From Alphaproteobacteria bacterium (GTDB lineage Bacteria > Pseudomonadota > Alphaproteobacteria > Rs-D84): DNA of 64,000 nucleotides. The stretch is taken from positions 19,546-83,545 of the forward strand of contig JAFXVB010000024.1 of assembly GCA_017534945.1 (NCBI GenBank), in the 5' to 3' direction. The notes under the pieces are model-generated. The model was not told the origin of the DNA. It saw only the letters and a program-made list of their open reading frames with translations, and did not search any database. Below, in pieces: positions 55,958-64,000 of this stretch. Within the stretch, counting starts at the first letter, position 1, and each line of letters starts with the position of its first letter. The translations under genes were made by a program, and so were the position numbers.

Positions 55958-57577
55958 ATGAAACCAATAAAAACATTATTTTTTGTGTCAGGGGGATTGA
56001 TTGCCGTATTGGCAGCAATTCACTTTATGCACACACCGAACACCACGATTACACCACGTGGAAAAATTCCAACAACCAGTTATGGCGCATTTTTGGCGGC
56101 TCAGCATGCGTTGTATACCAATAATTTCGATAAAACAGCGGAATTTTTGGAATATGTCGATGATGGCGCACGCGAATATAAATCTGTTGAAGAAATGCGT
56201 GTTTTAACCGACTTTTTGAACGGAAAAATTCCAGACGATATAAAAAATTTAGAAAAGCAAAAAACGATTATTTCCCGGATTATTGCGGATTCTTATTTGG
56301 TGCAAAACGACCGGTGGGCCGATGTGTATTCAAAACATAAAAACGACCGTATTCGTTTAATGGCGCCGTTTCGTGTTTGGTCTGGGGTGGCATTAAATCG
56401 CATTACAGAAACATTAAAATTTATTGATAAAACCGACACAAACCCATCGTGGCAGGCTTTTCTGCGTGGTCAAGTATATGCAGAACGGGGCAATATAAAA
56501 AAGGCGGTTGCGGCATTTGCAGATGTAAAACCCGAATTCATGAATATGAACGATTACCTGTATTTAATGTCCTTTTATAAACATAATAATTTAACCGCCG
56601 AAGCAAATATGTTGCGTACAAAATTCACAACAAAACCTGGCAGCATGTTTATGATTAACTTCACAGATACACCGGATTGGTCTGTGTATTCGGGATACAA
56701 GAATCAATTGGCGTTCAATTTGGTACAAACTGTGGCACATACGCAATCAATGAATCATTCCGATTTGTCTTTGTTGTTATTGCATTTTGCACAAAATGTT
56801 GCTGTCAAAAACCAAGTTCAAGAAGATGCGGTAAATTATCATGCGGGCTTGTACATGTTAAGTAATATGGGAAACTATAAAAAATATTTTTCTAAGATAA
56901 ATGAACAAAGTCCTTATTATCCGTTTGTGAATCTGCGATTGGCTGAAACAAATCGTAATATGAACGCGGTACGCAGGGCAATTGATGCACAACCTTTGTT
57001 TATGCCGGCGGTGAATCAATTGGTTGGATGGCAAACACAAGATAATGATAAAAAGGGCGCATTGCGAACAATTGATAAATCTTTGCAAAACACTGATATT
57101 TCGACCGGTGCAAAGGCTTATTTACACAAAATGCGCGCCGAAGTAAACTTTATCTTTGGCGATATAGATGGTGCCCAGAAAGATATTGATTCTGCGACAA
57201 TATTATTGCAAAAACCCGACCCAGATGTTTTCAGTATCCAGGCGCGTATTTGGGCGGCACGTGGTGAAAACCTGGATAAGGCATATGCATATAGTTTAAG
57301 TTTGGTTCGTTTCGCACCGGCGGATTCTTGCACTTGGGATACATTGGGATATGTCATGCGGGCACGCGAAGGATTGGATGCCGCATTGGATGTCATGCGC
57401 AGGGTAGGCGAGGTTGCAAATTCTTGCTCTGCTTTGTTTGAGCATTTAGGCGATATGTATATAGAGGCCAACGATGAAAAATTGGCACGAGATGCGTATT
57501 TGCGCGCAATTGAATTGTCCGATGATGGATTGTCTGTAAAACAAGTATTAGAAAAGAAGTTGAAAAGGATACAATAA
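55958..57577 (+). CDS. TPR-repeat protein with N-terminal membrane anchor
   Basis: 539 aa with the N-terminal TM helix LFFVSGGLIAVLAAIHF. The remainder is helical-repeat rich. Confidence 0.5.
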   Translation: MKPIKTLFFVSGGLIAVLAAIHFMHTPNTTITPRGKIPTTSYGAFLAAQHALYTNNFDKTAEFLEYVDDGAREYKSVEEMRVLTDFLNGKIPDDIKNLEKQKTIISRIIADSYLVQNDRWADVYSKHKNDRIRLMAPFRVWSGVALNRITETLKFIDKTDTNPSWQAFLRGQVYAERGNIKKAVAAFADVKPEFMNMNDYLYLMSFYKHNNLTAEANMLRTKFTTKPGSMFMINFTDTPDWSVYSGYKNQLAFNLVQTVAHTQSMNHSDLSLLLLHFAQNVAVKNQVQEDAVNYHAGLYMLSNMGNYKKYFSKINEQSPYYPFVNLRLAETNRNMNAVRRAIDAQPLFMPAVNQLVGWQTQDNDKKGALRTIDKSLQNTDISTGAKAYLHKMRAEVNFIFGDIDGAQKDIDSATILLQKPDPDVFSIQARIWAARGENLDKAYAYSLSLVRFAPADSCTWDTLGYVMRAREGLDAALDVMRRVGEVANSCSALFEHLGDMYIEANDEKLARDAYLRAIELSDDGLSVKQVLEKKLKRIQ

Positions 57578-57584
57578 GGATACA

Positions 57585-58676
57585 ATGATGTCATATGAAA
57601 CCGTTGGGATTATCGGAGCGGGAGCATGGGGGACAGCATTGGCTATAAATATCGCACGTGGCGGAAAACCAGTCGTTTTATGGTCTTTTGATGGAGAATA
57701 TAAGCATTTCGATGGTGTTGATACACCAAAAAATTTAACCGTCGTTACAGAGCCGGGAAAACTGGTTAATGCGGATGTTTGGTTAGATGTGACGCCGGCG
57801 GCTTTTTTTGGCGAAACATTACAAAAATTTACACAATATTATCATAATCAACCGATTATTATTTGCACCAAAGGCGCAGATGCAAAAACACACCACTTTA
57901 TGTCCGAAATTTTGCAACAAAAACTGCCTGAATGCATTGATTTCGGGGTTTTATCGGGTCCGCAATTCGCAGCCGAGGTTGCATGTGGCATACCAACCGG
58001 TTCAACATTGGCCGGAACACCAAACACTTTGTGCGCGGGCAGGGCGGTTTTAAATCTTGCGTATTTGGACGAAACAGAAGATATTATCGGCACCCAGATA
58101 TCCGGGGTTGGAAAAAATGTTGTTGCTTTGATTTCTGGGTTTATTAGCGTAAAAGTCCCCGGCGAAAATGAACGCGCTTTGATTTTTACGCGGTGTTGCA
58201 ATGAAATTATCAAAATTGGTCTGGCGATGGGTGCAAAATTAGAAACTTTTGTTGGTCTTTGCGGATTGGGTGATTTATTCTTGTCGGCAACATCCACAAC
58301 CAGTCGTAATTATGCCGGCGGTGTTGCGATTGCCAATAATCAACCGCTAAGCGGGACTGTCGAAGGTATTTTTGCTTTTGATACAGTATTAACACGCGCC
58401 ACAGAATTAGGCATAGAAACACCTGTATTAAAATATATTAATGCGCAAATACAAATAGACAAGATATTAGGCAAACAAAATGATGTCCAACATGCGAAAA
58501 CACAGAAAAATGTGCCGTTTGTACCAAAATTGTTCGCAAAACCAACACAACACAAATCACGCCCAGAACAAATGTTATTACGGGCACAACATGATGGCAA
58601 TATTTCTAAATTTGAACAACATATATCGGGAATACGATCTTTTGTTTTTCAACGCAAAAAACCATATGGTAAATAG
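57585..58676 (+). CDS. gpsA: Glycerol-3-phosphate dehydrogenase [NAD(P)+]
   Basis: VGIIGAGAWGTALAINIA is the Rossmann motif. It has a C-terminal extension of about 30 aa. Confidence 0.85.
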   Translation: MMSYETVGIIGAGAWGTALAINIARGGKPVVLWSFDGEYKHFDGVDTPKNLTVVTEPGKLVNADVWLDVTPAAFFGETLQKFTQYYHNQPIIICTKGADAKTHHFMSEILQQKLPECIDFGVLSGPQFAAEVACGIPTGSTLAGTPNTLCAGRAVLNLAYLDETEDIIGTQISGVGKNVVALISGFISVKVPGENERALIFTRCCNEIIKIGLAMGAKLETFVGLCGLGDLFLSATSTTSRNYAGGVAIANNQPLSGTVEGIFAFDTVLTRATELGIETPVLKYINAQIQIDKILGKQNDVQHAKTQKNVPFVPKLFAKPTQHKSRPEQMLLRAQHDGNISKFEQHISGIRSFVFQRKKPYGK

Positions 58677-58684
58677 TTGATTGC

Positions 58685-59602
58685 TTAAAACAGAAAATAC
58701 ACATACGCACAATAACTAATTAAAAACAACCCACCCATCCAACGCGGGATTTTGCCGTATATTCCGCATATAAGCAAACATAATGTGGCGGTTGCCATAA
58801 TCCAAAAACTGTGCCACAGGTTTGGAATTGCTGTATTCCGCGCAACCCCCATGGCCCCAACAATAAGAAATATGTTGGCGATATTACTGCCTACTATATT
58901 ACCAAATGCGATTGAACTTTGTTTATGAATTGCCGCAACGGTGGATACGGTGAGTTCTGGTAATGATGTTCCAAACGCAATCAATGTTAATCCCACCACA
59001 GATTTAGATATTCCAAACGCATCTGCAATTTTAGATGCTGTATCAATCAATAAATCCGCACCGTATATAATTAAAATAATTCCAAATATAGATAATAAAA
59101 CCAAAGACCATGTGGGTTTATTCAATTTAATATGATTATTTTTTGATGATTCTAAATCTTGTTCTTTGTTATAACAAATTATAAAATACCCGCTTATCAT
59201 CAATAACATGAATATCCCAATTATTGAATCCAGATAACCAGATTTCATAATTATTCCCAACATTATCACAGATAATAATATAAATAATCCGTCCCGCCGG
59301 AAATTTTCTTTGTTTATATGGATTGGATGTATTAATGCCGCCAACCCCAGAATAAATAAAATATTTGAAATATTACTGCCAATCACATTACCAAATGCAA
59401 TACCCGGGGCAGGGTGCGATGACAAAATTGCGTTCAATGATGCCGCCAATTCTGGCATTGATGTTCCAACACCCATTAAAACAATGCCAATTATCAATGG
59501 CGACAAATGTAATTTATGCGCCAATGCAATACCACTTTGGACCAATAATTCCCCACCACAGAGCAGCAATACAAGTCCCAAGATAAACAAAAAATAACTC
59601 AT
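58685..59602 (-). CDS. Ca2+/Na+ antiporter (CaCA family, YrbG-like)
   Basis: It carries two alpha-repeats, GNVIGSNISNILFILG and GNIVGSNIANIFLIVG. Confidence 0.75.
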   Translation of the reverse strand: MSYFLFILGLVLLLCGGELLVQSGIALAHKLHLSPLIIGIVLMGVGTSMPELAASLNAILSSHPAPGIAFGNVIGSNISNILFILGLAALIHPIHINKENFRRDGLFILLSVIMLGIIMKSGYLDSIIGIFMLLMISGYFIICYNKEQDLESSKNNHIKLNKPTWSLVLLSIFGIILIIYGADLLIDTASKIADAFGISKSVVGLTLIAFGTSLPELTVSTVAAIHKQSSIAFGNIVGSNIANIFLIVGAMGVARNTAIPNLWHSFWIMATATLCLLICGIYGKIPRWMGGLFLISYCAYVYFLF

Positions 59603-59639
59603 ACTTTGAATTCGCTTTATTTAATTAATAACGATTTTA

Positions 59640-60857
59640 TTATTCATAACGCAAACTGTCAATTGGGTTTAATTTCGCAGCCTTTATCGCCGGAAATACA
59701 CCAGATGCCAAACCAACAACAATTGCAACCGACACCGATACGACAACCGGCCAAATACTTAAAGGTACATTATATCCCAACGCAAAACGACCAATTCCTT
59801 GGGCTAAACCTTCGCCAAGAATCAATCCAGTCATGGAACCAATAAAAGAAATCAAAACAGATTCCGATAAAAATTGAATAATAATATTTATTTCGCGCGC
59901 ACCAATTGCTTTGCGCACACCGATTTCACGCGTTCTTTCGGCAACAGATACCAACATCATGTTCATAATACCAATTGAACCAACCAACAATGATACCGCC
60001 GCAATCGCAACCAATAATAATTTGATATAACCTGTGACAGTATTCATTGTTTCCATAACTTGCTTCATATCTGTTATTTGAAAATCGTCTTCATCGTTGT
60101 CTTTCAACCGATGACGCGAACGGAGCAGGGCGGTCATTTGTTCAGTCGCGATATTATTATCGGCATCTTGGTATAATTTTAATATTATTGATTGAACTGC
60201 GTTTGGAAAGCGACTGCCGGATAATCGTTTTTTTAATGTTGTGATTGGAATCATTACCATATCATCGGCACTGCCCATTGCAGAATCCCCCTTGGCACGC
60301 GTGACACCGATTACAACGAACGGAGTGTTTTGAATCCGGATAATTTGACCGATTGGATTATTTGGCATCCCAAGTTCGTTTGCTGTATCCGGTCCAATTA
60401 CCGCGTATGTTGATGCATTTTTTACCGCATCCATATCAAAGAACGAACCATATTCAACATCTACATTTTGCACAGTTTGATAATCTGGATACACACCAAG
60501 CATTGATGTTGACCAGTTTTTATTTCCAAACACAACCTGGGCCGCACCATTTTGCATCGGGCTTACCGCCGCGACATCAGGTAATTTCGCCAGATATTCT
60601 GCATCATCAATTGTTAATGTTTGGCGATTTCCCATACGCACACCACCGATACGCGCCGCACCCGCACGAATAACAATCGTATTTGTCCCCAATGACGAAA
60701 ATTGATCTGTGATTTCTTGTTGCACAGTTTCACCGACCGCAACCATTATCACAACCGCCATAACACCAATAATAATACCCAATACGGTCAAAAATGAACG
60801 CAATTTATTGCCACTGATTGACAACCAAGATTCCTTCATAATATCGTTAAAGGTCAT
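59640..60857 (-). CDS. ABC transporter permease, MacB/FtsX family
   Basis: There is an N-terminal TM helix, a large periplasmic domain and a C-terminal FtsX-like 3-TM bundle (…LLVGSIGIMNMMLVSVAERTREIGVRKAIGA…). Confidence 0.8.
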   Translation of the reverse strand: MTFNDIMKESWLSISGNKLRSFLTVLGIIIGVMAVVIMVAVGETVQQEITDQFSSLGTNTIVIRAGAARIGGVRMGNRQTLTIDDAEYLAKLPDVAAVSPMQNGAAQVVFGNKNWSTSMLGVYPDYQTVQNVDVEYGSFFDMDAVKNASTYAVIGPDTANELGMPNNPIGQIIRIQNTPFVVIGVTRAKGDSAMGSADDMVMIPITTLKKRLSGSRFPNAVQSIILKLYQDADNNIATEQMTALLRSRHRLKDNDEDDFQITDMKQVMETMNTVTGYIKLLLVAIAAVSLLVGSIGIMNMMLVSVAERTREIGVRKAIGAREINIIIQFLSESVLISFIGSMTGLILGEGLAQGIGRFALGYNVPLSIWPVVVSVSVAIVVGLASGVFPAIKAAKLNPIDSLRYE

Positions 60858-61594
60858 TTTTTATCCCTTTTTGGCATTAAATCGGCTTCGCTGCGTGGTA
60901 TTTTGCCGTCGTATGTTATGCGGCCGTCGTAAATATGAATCAATCGATTAGAATATTTTGCAATGTCAAATTCGTGCGTAATCATAACAATTGTTATACC
61001 CATGTCTTTGTTTAATTTTTTGAAAAACTGCAAAATTTCATTACCCATTTTTGAATCCAATGCGCCGGTCGGTTCGTCCGCCAAAATGATTTTTGGGTCA
61101 CCCGCCAATGCACGCGCAATTGCAACGCGCTGTTTCATACCACCAGATAATTGCGTAGGCAGGTAAGTTTCAAAATTTTCAAGTCCAACCAATTTTAACA
61201 TTTCGCGCGATTTTTTTATGCGTTCGTCCATGGGTAATCCACGATACATCAATGGCAACATAACATTGTCTAAAATATTTCTTTTTGGTAATAAATTAAA
61301 ATTTTGAAAAACAAAGCCAATATATTCATTACGAATTGTCGCCAATTCATCGGGTGTCATCGTTGAAATATCACGACCGTATAATTCGTATACCCCCGTT
61401 GTCGCATTGTCCAGCGCACCAATTATATTCATACAAGTTGATTTTCCAGACCCCGATGGCCCCATGATTGATACAAATTCACCGGGTGCAACATTAAATG
61501 TTATATCAAACAAAACCTGCTGAGTTCCGCCGATTTCCAACGGAAAACTTTTACAGACTTTTTGCATAGAAATTACATTTTGTTGCGATGGCAT
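60854..61594 (-). CDS. ABC transporter ATP-binding protein (MacB-type ATPase)
   Basis: The Walker A is GPSGSGKST, the signature is LSGGMKQRVAIARAL and the Walker B is ILADEPTGALD. The start is chosen at MPSQQNVISMQKV, after the adaptor stop. Confidence 0.8.
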   Translation of the reverse strand: MPSQQNVISMQKVCKSFPLEIGGTQQVLFDITFNVAPGEFVSIMGPSGSGKSTCMNIIGALDNATTGVYELYGRDISTMTPDELATIRNEYIGFVFQNFNLLPKRNILDNVMLPLMYRGLPMDERIKKSREMLKLVGLENFETYLPTQLSGGMKQRVAIARALAGDPKIILADEPTGALDSKMGNEILQFFKKLNKDMGITIVMITHEFDIAKYSNRLIHIYDGRITYDGKIPRSEADLMPKRDKK

Positions 61595-61607
61595 TTTTTT
61601 ACCGTTA

Positions 61608-62792
61608 TTACATTGGGCCGCCCATTGGACCACCACGACGATTTGTGGATTTTTTAATCGAAGATGCCTGGCCCATACGACCAACGATTATTTTATCACC
61701 ATGTTGTATCTTGTTTGAAATTATTTCTGTTTCTGTTGCAGTGACCAAACCTTTTTCAAATGGAATTATAATGACCTTTTTATCGCGCAAAATTGCCAAA
61801 TGATTTGCGGTTGGAATATCTTTGGCGGCAACATCTATGTTTTCAAAAGAACGCAATAAAAACGCAGAATTTTGTGCATACCAAACATCTTCGGCACGAT
61901 TTACGATAATTGTCACAAATGCAGTCATACCCGGCATCAATCGTAAATCTGCATTATCTACATCAATTACAACGGTATAGACAACCACATTAGATGTTGT
62001 TGTCGGCGAAAGACGGATTTGACGCACAACACCATTAAATACATCCCCAGAATACGCATCAACAGTAAATGTCACCGATTGACCTTGTTGAATCATACCG
62101 ATATCAGCCTCGCTAACTGCGGTTTCAATTTGCATTTTTGTTAAATCTTCGGCGATTTCAAACAAATCTGGGGTTTGGAAAGATGCCGCAACAGTTTGAC
62201 CTTTATCAACCTTACGCGATATGACCGTCCCGTCGACTGGTGATGAAATTGTTGCATAACCTAAATTTGTCACCGCTTTATCATATTGAGATTTTGCACG
62301 AACAACAGATGATTCTGCCTGTTCATATTGAGCCAATGATTTTTCCATTTCTGCGCGTGCAATAAAACCATCTTCGTATAAAGTTTTATCACGCATATAA
62401 TCGCTTTTTGCTAAATTACGTTGCGACACCGCAGAATCCAGCGCAGCCTTGGCCTCGGTCACAGACGCTTGCAAAACAGAAGGTTCTATTTTTAATAGAG
62501 TTTGACCTTGTTTGACCTGTGAATTAAAATCAACAAATATATCTTCGATTGTACCAGACACTTGGGAACCAACACTGACCGTATTTAACGGTCTTATTTC
62601 TCCGGTGGCACTGACCACTTGTTCTAAATCGCCGCGTTTGATATCAACCGTCACAAAATTTCCCTTGGTATTTGCCTTTTTTGTTGATCCACCAAAAAAC
62701 ACAAATCCACATATCGCAATAATGATAATCACCAAAGACCACCATTTATGGCGAAACGGCCACCCGAGTATATTTTTTATTTTATTTAACAT
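61608..62792 (-). CDS. Efflux periplasmic adaptor (MacA/HlyD family membrane fusion protein)
   Basis: It has an N-terminal TM helix plus lipoyl, beta-barrel and coiled-coil segments. It lies in an operon with the MacB-type genes. Confidence 0.8.
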   Translation of the reverse strand: MLNKIKNILGWPFRHKWWSLVIIIIAICGFVFFGGSTKKANTKGNFVTVDIKRGDLEQVVSATGEIRPLNTVSVGSQVSGTIEDIFVDFNSQVKQGQTLLKIEPSVLQASVTEAKAALDSAVSQRNLAKSDYMRDKTLYEDGFIARAEMEKSLAQYEQAESSVVRAKSQYDKAVTNLGYATISSPVDGTVISRKVDKGQTVAASFQTPDLFEIAEDLTKMQIETAVSEADIGMIQQGQSVTFTVDAYSGDVFNGVVRQIRLSPTTTSNVVVYTVVIDVDNADLRLMPGMTAFVTIIVNRAEDVWYAQNSAFLLRSFENIDVAAKDIPTANHLAILRDKKVIIIPFEKGLVTATETEIISNKIQHGDKIIVGRMGQASSIKKSTNRRGGPMGGPM

Positions 62793-64000
62793 TTATCTCT
62801 CCGTCCAATCCGCTTTCTATATCGCCAATCGCCAAAGCGACCGCCGCACGTTTAATATACAAATCGTATTTTGCCGCATTGTTTTGATTGCGTGCATCAA
62901 TTAAATCACTTTGCGCCTGTTGCCAATCAAGCATTGTACTGCGACCAACTTTATACATGCCGGATGTCACGCGTTCGTTTTCCGTTGCGGATTTCAGCAA
63001 AGTATCCGTTTGTTCCAAAACTGTTTTTGCAGTTTTATAATTTTGATATGCCGTAAATACATCCATCATCGCATTGTTTTTTACCGCACGTTCTGTTTCG
63101 GTCGCACTGTCATAATTCGCCGCCGCCGCACGCACATTATACATATTTGCAAACCCCGCAAATATCGGCATAGATACAGACACACCAATACGACCACCGG
63201 CACGTTCATGCATATGTTCAAACAAACCACCCATAGATTTGGCATCCATATTAACATTGGCCGTCACAGATACCGACGGTAAATTTTTCAAAAACGCCGT
63301 ATTACGACGATGCCATGCCGCATCTTTGTTTGCGGTTGCTTTTAATAAATCAGGCCGTTTTTTGCGTGCAACATCCAATAACTTTTCAATATCTTCGCTT
63401 TCAGCATCACTGCCAAATGTAGATGGCATATCGGCTATTGTGATTTCTTGGTTTGCCGGAAATGATAATTTCGTAAGCAGTGTTCCCTTTGTGATTTCAC
63501 GATTATTTTTTGCGCGTTCCAATTTTAATTGCGCCGATGCCAGTGTTGTTTCCGCCTTGTACACATCAGCCTTGGCCACAGCACCCGCTTTGAATTTTTT
63601 ATCCGCGGTATCTTTGGCGGTTTGTGCAACCTTTAACGCAGATTCCGCCGCCGTCACATCGGCATTTGCATTTAACAATTCATAATATGCACCAATCACA
63701 GAATAAATATAATTTTGAATTGTTTCATCATAATCAAACCCCGCCGCACGATATGTCGCCAACTGTGTTGCAAAATCACTGGACCGGCGACCAAAATCAA
63801 AAATCAAATAAGATGCAGACAACGAACCACTGTAATCCCAATCATCATGAACACGATGAGCGCGTGCGGAACCCCCAGAAAAATCAACCTTTGGCAAATA
63901 TGAAGAATACGCAGAATTTTTTGTAAAATGCGCAGAACGATATGACGCGTATGCCGCCGCCGTTTGTGGATTACGACACAGACCAAAATTTACAACCTGG
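62782..64000 (-). CDS. Outer membrane efflux protein (TolC/OprM family), 5' end beyond window
   Basis: The frame stays open through 64000 upstream of the listed TTG. It has TolC-like repeats of coiled coil and beta-strands. Confidence 0.7.
   Translation of the reverse strand, partial: QVVNFGLCRNPQTAAAYASYRSAHFTKNSAYSSYLPKVDFSGGSARAHRVHDDWDYSGSLSASYLIFDFGRRSSDFATQLATYRAAGFDYDETIQNYIYSVIGAYYELLNANADVTAAESALKVAQTAKDTADKKFKAGAVAKADVYKAETTLASAQLKLERAKNNREITKGTLLTKLSFPANQEITIADMPSTFGSDAESEDIEKLLDVARKKRPDLLKATANKDAAWHRRNTAFLKNLPSVSVTANVNMDAKSMGGLFEHMHERAGGRIGVSVSMPIFAGFANMYNVRAAAANYDSATETERAVKNNAMMDVFTAYQNYKTAKTVLEQTDTLLKSATENERVTSGMYKVGRSTMLDWQQAQSDLIDARNQNNAAKYDLYIKRAAVALAIGDIESGLDGEINVK

Overview
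This is an AT-rich bacterial chromosomal segment. It is compact and gene-dense, and factor-independent terminator hairpins sit at almost every gene end. By inference it comes from a proteobacterium with a reduced, rearranged genome, possibly an intracellular or endosymbiotic lineage. 

Most of the window is housekeeping genes: a partial cell-wall synthesis cluster (mrcA-mraY-ftsW-[foreign ORF]-murG, with murD missing), rpmE, rluD, dnaX, accBC, yidD-rnpA, mreB, cysS, xseB, mutS, truB, rpsO, rsmE, der, pnp, ybaB, infC, a family-4 UDG, pal, parAB, rsmG and gpsA. A tripartite efflux operon sits at each end: MarR-TolC-adaptor-RND on the left (RND gene cut by the window start) and an outer-membrane factor-MacA-MacB on the right (outer-membrane factor gene cut by the window end). 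There is one tRNA-Glu(CUC). 

The accessory content is the interesting part:
- (a) a minus-strand array of three tandem, translationally coupled, unusually large (418-451 aa) proteins with type-IV-prepilin-like N-termini, followed by a zinc-ribbon/DUF3426-like protein, a secreted protein, rluD and a 1274-aa secreted cysteine-rich modular giant protein. I propose this as an undescribed pilus-displayed adhesin-like system. 
- (b) a separate bona fide type IV major pilin tightly coupled to an OmpA-domain lipoprotein just after dnaX. 
- (c) an orphan VirD4/TraG-type type IV secretion coupling protein followed by two lipoproteins, with no VirB genes nearby. 
- (d) a tRNA-Glu-adjacent islet with a phage MuF-like protein overlapping a small lipoprotein gene, which interrupts the cell-wall cluster. 
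- (e) two intergenic repeat families: a heptamer TTCAAAG/TGCAAAG-based inverted-repeat MITE-like element (at least 5 full or partial copies) and a GC-rich composite palindromic element upstream of rpmE.
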